A stretch of DNA of 64,000 nt, taken from positions 15,530,633 through 15,594,632 of the forward strand of contig OZ037769.1 in assembly GCA_964035545.1 (NCBI GenBank). The letters run 5' to 3'. Below the pieces are notes generated by a model. It saw only the letters and a list, made by a program, of their open reading frames with translations. It was not told the origin of the DNA and searched no databases. The position numbers and the translations under genes are program-made. Below, piece by piece: positions 26,717 to 33,900 of the stretch. The stretch comes from Bugula neritina (Eukaryota; Animalia; Bryozoa). Position 1 is the first letter of the stretch; each line of letters opens with the position of its first letter.

Positions 26717-26784
26717 GCCATCAGACGAACAAGATTCTTATATATAAAATCACGAGGGTCAACACGATATGGTATCATCAGAGC
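26717..26784 (-). ncRNA. Box C/D snoRNA, predicted guide for the 18S Am1383 (human numbering) equivalent
   Basis: C box CTGATGA, D box CTGA. The D guide TCTTGTTCGT pairs with 18S ACGAACGAGA (one G-U pair); D+5 falls on the second A of GAAC. Confidence 0.75.
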
Positions 26785-26916
26785 TAATACACTGAAGGGA
26801 TCATCACTGAAGGATAATAAACACTTACCTGTAACTAAAAAGTGTCACAACAGCCAGGCAACCCGCACACCCTGCAACAGAAACACCTAGATTAACAAAG
26901 CAGTACAAATGGCTTC

Positions 26917-26953
26917 CATCACATACAGTTGGTGGTGCAAATCATCAGCGCTT
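26917..26953 (-). pseudogene. 3'-truncated copy of the SNORD33-like snoRNA (no D box)
   Basis: Matches 28901-28937, then is joined to unrelated intron sequence at the duplication breakpoint. Confidence 0.75.
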
Positions 26954-27109
26954 CAAGAAATAAACCCACAAATCATTTAAAAAGCTAACAACTTACTAAT
27001 GATACCTCAGATGACCAGGTGAGAAGCAGCACGAACAGCACCTGAAACACAGCAATGACGTTATGTAGCCAGCAGAATGACATAGCAGCATTACTTGAAG
27101 CTATCACTA

Positions 27110-27185
27110 GTTTGCGTTCAGATATTCGTGGTTTGCAGTATCAACAGGGAACTCTGCGTGGTGCATGAATTTCATCACATCAAAC
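27110..27185 (-). ncRNA. Box C/D snoRNA guiding the 18S Gm1328 (human) / Gm1271 (yeast snR40) equivalent, copy 1
   Basis: C box GTGATGA; guide CATGCACCAC followed by D' CAGA; D box CTGA; flanking stem GTTTG/CAAAC. Complementary to 18S GUGGUGCAUG. Confidence 0.85.
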
Positions 27186-27352
27186 TCACAGGTTATTATT
27201 ACACATGAATCTTGGGTAACATACCTTAGGCAAGGGTGGATCAGACAGCAGGTGAAGTTGCATCAGACAGGTAGAAACATCTACAATAACAAGGGAACCA
27301 GTGAGATACGGACACAACTAAGATTAAAACACGTGAAAGAAATACAAGCGAA

Positions 27353-27439
27353 CTGTCAGACACCCAACAAAGATCCGTCTCAGGACTCCTGCCTCAGGAC
27401 TAATTCTGCGGAACGGCTGTTGGATTCTTCATCATACAA
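27353..27439 (-). ncRNA. Orphan, hairpin-structured box C/D RNA, copy 1
   Basis: C box ATGATGA, D box CTGA; internal nested stems TCCAACA/TGTTGGG, CCGT/ACGG, TCCTG/CAGGA. Confidence 0.75.
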
Positions 27440-27588
27440 GCTTAGAAAACACATGAAATAGATTAGAAAGCAATTCTTACCTAACAGAGATTGGAGACCT
27501 GCATCTAGCCATATTCTAAAACAGCGAAAAACACAAAATTACTAATTGGACAAAAGTTTAAAAATAGAACTAACTTTAATTGAGAAAT

Positions 27589-27660
27589 ATGGCCATCATT
27601 TGGTTGATCCAGCCTACACAGACGAGTCTAAGGCAATAAAACTAATCATTTTGTAGCCAT
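27589..27660 (-). ncRNA. Box C/D-like snoRNA complementary to the 18S rRNA 5' end, copy 1
   Basis: Variant boxes ATGATTA / ATGA; terminal stem ATGGCTA/TGGCCAT; guide GGCTGGATCAACCA versus 18S UGGUUGAUCCUGCC (one mismatch). Confidence 0.7.
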
Positions 27661-27868
27661 TAGCATTTAAACAATGAAACAGTTTTTGCAGCAGTCACAC
27701 TTGCAATAAACTGCTTTTACATAAATGTCTATAAAAACCTACAGGGTTTTCAATTGGTTAACAAGATCCAACATCACAAATGGTCATTCCACATTTCTAG
27801 TATTCTAAAACAGTAAACCAAACACTGCAGGTGCCAAAACTGAGTAAATGCATGCATATTGAGATGCT

Positions 27869-27946
27869 AGGCAGCATCAGCCTAAAGGTGGCAATGTGTT
27901 TCATGTATGTCAAGTGAACTTGTTATGATACCATAATCTTATCATA
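27869..27946 (-). pseudogene. Degenerate paralogue of the 28S A807/A817 double-guide snoRNA
   Basis: Retains the D box and central region, but the C box and both guides are altered (CCACCTTTAGG). Confidence 0.65.
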
Positions 27947-28093
27947 GAATTTAACATACCTTGAACTTAAAGTTGAGTGGATTTTTCATATGGCTGAATT
28001 TTAACGCCATAAGGCAACTCCCACATCCTGCAACAGAAACACCAAGACTAACAAAGCAGTACAAATGGCTTCCAACATCCCTTGTAGAGAGGA

Positions 28094-28172
28094 GGCTGCA
28101 TCAGACCCGAAAGGTAAAGATCACTGAACCACGTTCATCACGGAATAAATATATTTCATCATACAAGCAGCC
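28094..28172 (-). ncRNA. Box C/D snoRNA guiding the 28S Gm805 (yeast snR39B; human SNORD2 site) equivalent
   Basis: Perfect stem GGCTGC/GCAGCC, C box ATGATGA, D box CTGA. Guide ACCTTTCGGGT versus ACCCGAAAG; D+5 is the G of CCCG. Confidence 0.88.
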
Positions 28173-28325
28173 ACACAAGCACTAGGCTGATAGCTACACA
28201 ACTTACCAGTTAGCCAGTAGTGAGGTTGCCGGAAGGAGACAAGCGCAGCCCCTAAAATCGAAAAAGATCTTGTATAAGCAGCATGAAGAGCACAACACAT
28301 GGAGGAGAAGCTACTGCAAGACAAA

Positions 28326-28394
28326 GGATCAGACACAAAGTTGTAATCAGATAATATCAGGTGAAACACGGGTTCCGGAGAACCCATCACATCC
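28326..28394 (-). ncRNA. Box C/D snoRNA with D' guide to 28S UGAAACACGG (predicted Am at the yeast A646 / human Am1323 equivalent)
   Basis: Stem GGAT/ATCC, variant C box GTGATGG, guide CCGTGTTTCA followed by D' CTGA, D box CTGA. Confidence 0.8.
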
Positions 28395-28562
28395 ACAGAC
28401 CAGAAACAAATGTAATACTTATTAATATTTACCTGGCTGTGGACAGAACATATCAAGACAGAACTTTAGGAAAATATCCATCAGTTCACCACCTGCAATA
28501 ATAAATGACAAGATGAGAAAAAATACTGACAAGTTTTAAACTAAAGCAATTTGCACAACATG

Positions 28563-28693
28563 AGTTGTCTAAGCTGTAATAGTTAGCCACTGGGCATTAG
28601 AATCAGCACAACAGCATATTTACAGCCAGGTTTATCTCTGCACGCTAAACGCCAGTGGCAGCAGAGTATTGCTGCCCTGGAGCTGGGGTGCAT
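28563..28693 (-). ncRNA. Box H/ACA snoRNA guiding the 28S Psi2944 (yeast snR37; human SNORA10 site) equivalent
   Basis: Hairpin TGCAC..CCAG-GGCAGCA/TGCTGCC-CTGG..GTGCA, H box AGATAA, second hairpin GCTGTAA/TTACAGC, ACA plus 3 nt. Pocket strands CCCAGCT and CGTT fit AACG-U-G-AGCUGGG. Confidence 0.88.
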
Positions 28694-28857
28694 TACACAA
28701 CTAGAAGATTCTATTAGTTTAACTTACCATATCCAGTTTCAAACAGAATGGCATTACTTCAACAATAGTTCTTTCTGGCCACATCATCTAAAATCAAACA
28801 CTACATTAACAAAGGGGAAGATAATACAACCTGAAGAACATGCAGCAAGAGTAGAAA

Positions 28858-28937
28858 AAGCTCAGCGTTATGTTGATTCAGTAATATACAAAGTTATCAT
28901 CATCACATACAGTTGGTGGTGCAAATCATCAGCGCTT
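28858..28937 (-). ncRNA. Box C/D snoRNA guiding the 18S Um1326 (human SNORD33) / Um1269 (yeast snR55) equivalent
   Basis: Stem AAGC/GCTT, C box CTGATGA, guide TGCACCACCA followed by variant D' CTGT, C' GTGATGA, D box CTGA. Confidence 0.8.
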
Positions 28938-29090
28938 CAAGAAATAAACTCACAAATCATTTAAAAAGCTAACTTACTAATGATACCTCAGATGACCAGG
29001 TGAGAAGCAGCACGAACAGCACCTGAAACACAGCAATGACGTTATGTAGCCAGCAGAATGACATAGCAGCATCACTTAAAGCTATCACTA

Positions 29091-29166
29091 GTTTGCGTTC
29101 AGATATTCGTGGTTTGCAGTATCAACAGGGAACTCTGCGTGGTGCATGAATTTCATCACATCAAAC
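29091..29166 (-). ncRNA. Box C/D snoRNA, 18S Gm1328-equivalent guide, copy 2
   Basis: Same sequence as 27110-27185. Confidence 0.85.
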
Positions 29167-29352
29167 TCACAGGTTATTATTACACACGAATCTTGGGCAA
29201 CATACCTCAGACAAGGGTGGATCAGACAGCAGGTGAAGTTGCATCAGACAGGTAGAAACATCTACAATAACAAGGGAACTCGTGAGATACAGATATAACT
29301 AAGATATACAGATATAACTAAGATTAAAACATGTGAAAGAAATAAAGGCAAA

Positions 29353-29439
29353 CTGTCAGACACCCAACAAAGATCCGTCTTAGGACTCCTGCCTCAGGAC
29401 TAATTCTGCGGAACGGCTGTTGGATTCTTCATCATACAA
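29353..29439 (-). ncRNA. Orphan hairpin-structured box C/D RNA, copy 2
   Basis: One visible substitution relative to 27353-27439. Confidence 0.75.
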
Positions 29440-29583
29440 GCTTAGAAAGCGCATGAAATAGATTAGAAAGCAATTCTTACCTAACAGAGATTGGAGACCT
29501 GCATCTAGCCATATTCTAAAACATCGAAAAACACAAAATTACTAATTGAACTAATGGTTAGAATAGAAAATTGAATCAGGAAT

Positions 29584-29655
29584 ATGGCCATCATTTGGTT
29601 GATCCAGCCTACACAGACGAGTCTAAGGCAATAAAACTAATCATTCTGTAGCCAT
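29584..29655 (-). ncRNA. Box C/D-like snoRNA complementary to the 18S 5' end, copy 2
   Basis: Near-identical to 27589-27660. Confidence 0.7.
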
Positions 29656-29881
29656 TAGCATTCAAACAATAAGACAGTTTTTGCAACAGTCAGTTTATTT
29701 TTTTGTAAAAAAACACTTGCAATAAACTGCTTTTACATAAATGTCTATAAAAACATACCAAGTTTGCAACAGGTCTACAATATCACAAATGGTCATCTCA
29801 CATTTCAGTATTCTAAAACAGTAAACCAAACACTTTGCAGGTGCCAAAACAATTGTGTAAATGCATGCATATTGAGATGCT

Positions 29882-29958
29882 AGGCAACATCAGTCGAAAG
29901 GTGGCAATGTGTTTCATGTATGCCAAGTGAACTTGTTATGATGCCATAAACTTGCCAT
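29882..29958 (-). pseudogene. Diverged paralogue of the double-guide snoRNA (D guide largely intact, C box and D' guide degenerate)
   Basis: GCCACCTTTCGA-CTGA retained; no RTGATGA. Confidence 0.6.
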
Positions 29959-30114
29959 AGAATTTAACATACCTTGAACTTAAAGTTGAGTGGATCTTTC
30001 ATATGGCTGAATTTCAACGCCATAAGTCAATTATTACACTAGTCTAAAACATCAACAAAACGCGTATTTTAACTACTCAGCAGCTAATAAATTATTTTTT
30101 TGGTGCACTAAGAT

Positions 30115-30193
30115 GGCAGCAGCTATCAGTCGAAAGGTGGTAATATGTTTCATGTATCTCAATTGAACTATGCTGACTCATCACGTTGCTGCT
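30115..30193 (-). ncRNA. Double-guide box C/D snoRNA for the 28S Am807 and Am817 (yeast numbering) equivalents
   Basis: C box GTGATGA; D' guide GCATAGTTCA plus TTGA pairs with UGAACUAUGC; D guide ACCACCTTTCG plus CTGA pairs with CGAAAGRUGGU; terminal stem AGCAGC/GCTGCT. Confidence 0.88.
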
Positions 30194-30420
30194 ATTGAAG
30201 AATTAGTATTTATTTGGTTTTAATTAGGGTTTTCTACAACAATTATTTGGATAGTGATAAAATTTAACATACCTTGAACTAACAGTTGAGTGGATTTCTC
30301 ATATATCTTGACTTCAACAACATGGGTCAACTATTATACATTAAGCTGGTCTAAAACATCAACAAAACGCGTATTTCAATCACTTGGCAGCTACTAACTT
30401 ATTTTTCTTTGTACTAAGAT

Positions 30421-30502
30421 GGTAGCAGCCATCAGTCGAAAGGTGGTAATATGTTTCATGTATCTCAATTGAACTATGCTGACTCATCATGTTGATGCTA
30501 CC
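30421..30502 (-). ncRNA. Double-guide box C/D snoRNA, second intact copy
   Basis: Core identical to 30126-30183, C box ATGATGA, with a different terminal stem (GGTAGC/GCTACC). Confidence 0.88.
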
Positions 30503-30639
30503 AGAGATTTAATTTAATGGTTTAAGAAGCATTGTGTCGAGTAAATGACAAGAAAATTAACTATGGATGCACCGCGTTTTGACTAATATTAACAGATGAA
30601 AATACACGTCCACTCACCTCGAATACCAAGTTGAAAAGG

Positions 30640-30810
30640 ATGAAACTGCCCACCTCTGTTTCAGAGTGCAAGTTCAAGCGTGCGCGCGCTGATTTTACTA
30701 CAAATTTCCATAGAATGTAATTTATAGCCTCAGATTCTAATTATTCATGTTTCCGACTTGACCAAACGAATATTACCTTGAAACAGGGGTTAATAACACT
30801 TTTTGCAAGA
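30640..30810. promoter_or_regulatory. Compact bidirectional promoter shared by the snoRNA host gene and COG4
   Basis: Divergent starts less than 300 bp apart; GCGTGCGCGCGC (NRF1-like) at ~30678-30689. Confidence 0.55.
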
Positions 30811-30933
30811 TGTCAGCCCCCATAAAATGTACTAATGCAACGTCTACAGTCTGAGGGTTACACTCGCTAAGTCCAGTTTCTCCAAGCCCATGGTCTTCTA
30901 GTAGTAAAAATTCAGATAGATTTAAGTCCTACT

Positions 30934-33900
30934 ATGTCTACTATAGAAGAGATACAAGCTGAGTTAAGAGCTCTCACAAAACATGAAGTAAGAAATTCAA
31001 ATCTAAAATTAGTTTTCATTTTTATTTTATTTCATTATTTTAATATTTTATATTAAATTTATTTATTTAGTAATTTAATTAAATATAATTCAAATTGAAT
31101 ATATTTGCAGTTGTATTTTTACTTTTAGACTCACTCTTGGCATTAAACTTATCACTTACAAGTACTCGAGTTTCAGTTTCTGTTTCAGTTTGTCTTTGAA
31201 TTGAATCACTAAGTCTAACACTTGTTTCCTTAACTTTAATCTGTCAAGATAAATGAAGGTCTAAATTAAGCTCAATTTTAACTTTAATCTTTAGTTACTT
31301 AAGTCATTTTTAGCTCATTATAATCTTTGAATATTATTTCATGTGATGCTACTACTTTAACTTTAAGATAAAAATTGTAAATAAAGTTTAACCTTCTTTA
31401 GTATTGAATTAGTCTTTGTAATTGTTATTTTATAACTGATTTTAAGGACTTGAAAGTTTTTTCAGTAGTTTTATTCAAGTTGTATGACATTGTTAACTAA
31501 ACTTATGCCTTTCCTTGACTAGCACATCTCTGTTTAGGCTATGACAAACTTGACTTGACCTGATCGTAGCTTTGAAATCAACTTTGAGCTGGCCTAAAAG
31601 TCAGTAATTGTTCTATGACTAATTAGCTAAAATAACTTTACCGAAACCTAAACTAAATAAAAAATCAAACTACTTTAGTTGATTATAGTTTGGTTCTAAA
31701 ATTATTCGATATTTTAATCAAGTTTGTAAGTAGTTGAACCATATTTTTACTTGGTAATATGTCTAGTAGTTTGTATGAAATACACTGTTTGTCCTTGGGC
31801 AGGATTAATGCCATTGTGTAATGTTATTAGGATGAGATAAATGAGAGTTTAGATGCTCTTCTCCAAGAACGGGGTGTCCTCGAAGATCAGCTTGCATCTC
31901 TACATAAACTGATGTAAGAATCCTTCCATAGCTTTGGATTGTATATTTTTTGTAACAGTCAAGGTTATAATGAACGTTATATGTATAACAGTTAAGGTTG
32001 TAATGAAATAAATATCGGTCCATTGCCACTAATCAATTAACCTATGCTGTTACTCTGTAAGCATCTGCTTTAGGCCGAACCTCGGATTGATTCACAACGA
32101 TGCCAAGCAACTTACGGGTATGATATCATTCACCTCTCAACTGGCTGACAATGTTAGTGGGAAAGTTAGACAGTTGGATTTGGCAAAGGTATCAGTTTAT
32201 CTAGTTTTGTTATCTTGTCATTGAGGTAAAGTCAGACTGTTTTATTCCCATATTTATGTTGGAAGTGTGTATTCCTCTGCGTTGTTAGAAATAATTCTCG
32301 CGCTTTGTTGAAACTCTCAATTTTCTTACTTGTGTAGGGTCTTTCATAGCTGTGATTATAATTTATAAGCGGTGATTTTAAAGCTTCCCACAAAGCATAC
32401 ATGTATATAATGTATTTATGTGTATACTTAGAGTCGGGTGTTGGCTGCATCTCTTAGAGTGGAGGATGTGTTAGATCTTAAATTCTGTACAGAGGGAGTA
32501 CAGACCGCCCTACACGAAGAGTCATACGAAAAGGTATAGAATACTCCTATAGTAGTTATCTTCTCTCTATTCTGTATATTCTACTCTTACAGTAGTTATC
32601 TTCTCTGTATTCTGTATATCATACTCTTACAGTAGTTATCTTCTCTCTATTCTGTATATTCTACTCTTACAGTAATTATCTTCTCTCTACTCTGTATATC
32701 ATACTCTTACAGTAGTTATCTTCTCTCTATTCTGTATATTCTACTCTTACAGTAGTTATCTTCTCTCTATTCTGTATATCATACTCTTACAGTAGTTATC
32801 TTCTCTCTATTCTGTATATTCTACTCTTACAGTAGTTATCTTCTCTCTACTCTGTATATCATACTTTTACAGTAGTTATCTTCTCTCTATTCTGTATATC
32901 ATACTCTTACAGTAGTTATCTTCTCTCTACTCTGTATATCATACTCTTACAGTAGTTATCTTCTCTCTACTCTGTATATCATACTCTTACAGTAGTTATC
33001 TTCTCTCGCAGGCAGCAGCACTGATTCACCGGTTTCTTTCCATGGACGAAGCTGTACTACAGTTGAGTGAAGATGCAGCAGAGGGTGAGTGTAGTTAGAT
33101 GTCATTGTATTATATGTGTTGAGCATGACAGTTGTGTTATTAGATGTCATTGTGTTGTGTGGAGCATATAATACTCGACTCTGAGTTTTGGGAGTTTGGG
33201 ATGGCTTTAGTTGCAGTAGAAGTTGTCATCCCTGTAGTTTTGTTTTCTCGTGTGAAATACAATGTTAATGCTCTGCTATGCTACAGCATTAAGACTCACT
33301 CTTGCTGCAATGTGATTGGCTATTTCCGCAGGAAGTAGTTTGAAGCAGTCGTTCACAACGCTGCACGAGGCAGCGGCTAAACTGAGATCTCTGACTCACT
33401 CTAAGTTTGACAGCGCTGTCAATTCCGGGGACGTGGCTTCTGTTGAGAGGTTCTTCAAGATCTTCCCACTGCTGGGCATCAAGGAGGAGGGGCTTACCAA
33501 GTTTGCTAAGTGGCAATCGGCTCAGGTAAGTTGACCACGCCCACAGTTAGGTAGACCACACCCACAGTTAGGTAGACCACACCCACAGTTAGGTAGACCA
33601 CACCCACAGTTGGGTAGACCACGCCCACAGTTAGGTAGATCACGCCCACAGGAAATAAACCATACCTGAACGATGTTGAAGTTTTTAGTTTTTCTGCTGC
33701 TTCCACAAGTTAGTGTTTTATCTCGGTTATTGAAATAAAGAATGTCGAAAGATGTTATCCAATAAATGGAGACATTTAAAGTTTTCACTATAGTAATGTT
33801 TGAGTTTAACTACTAGAAGTACTACAGTGCACTATGAGTTATTCACTCACTCGTTCAGGTGCAGAGTATAACTAGTAACTAGTAATATTTCAAACTTCAA

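Larger units (their letters stand above)
26010..30640 (-). ncRNA. Non-coding polycistronic snoRNA host gene (UHG/GAS5-like, 5'TOP)
   Basis: Pyrimidine-tract start CCTTTTC at ~30639; first donor GAG|GTGAGT at 30617; about 19 short exons (roughly 20-105 nt) without an ORF, bounded by GT/AG; one snoRNA-like element per intron; AATAAA at 26025-26030 on the minus strand. Confidence 0.88.

Noticed and set aside
27353-27439. Assignment of the hairpin C/D RNA to U14
   Set aside because: It shares a TCCAACA/TGTTGGG-like stem but lacks the U14 domain A (CCTTCCTTGGATG) and domain B (CATTCGCAG) sequences.
25699-28456. Short ORFs across the snoRNA cluster
   Set aside because: No homology signal, not preserved between duplicated blocks, and they cross snoRNA and intron boundaries.
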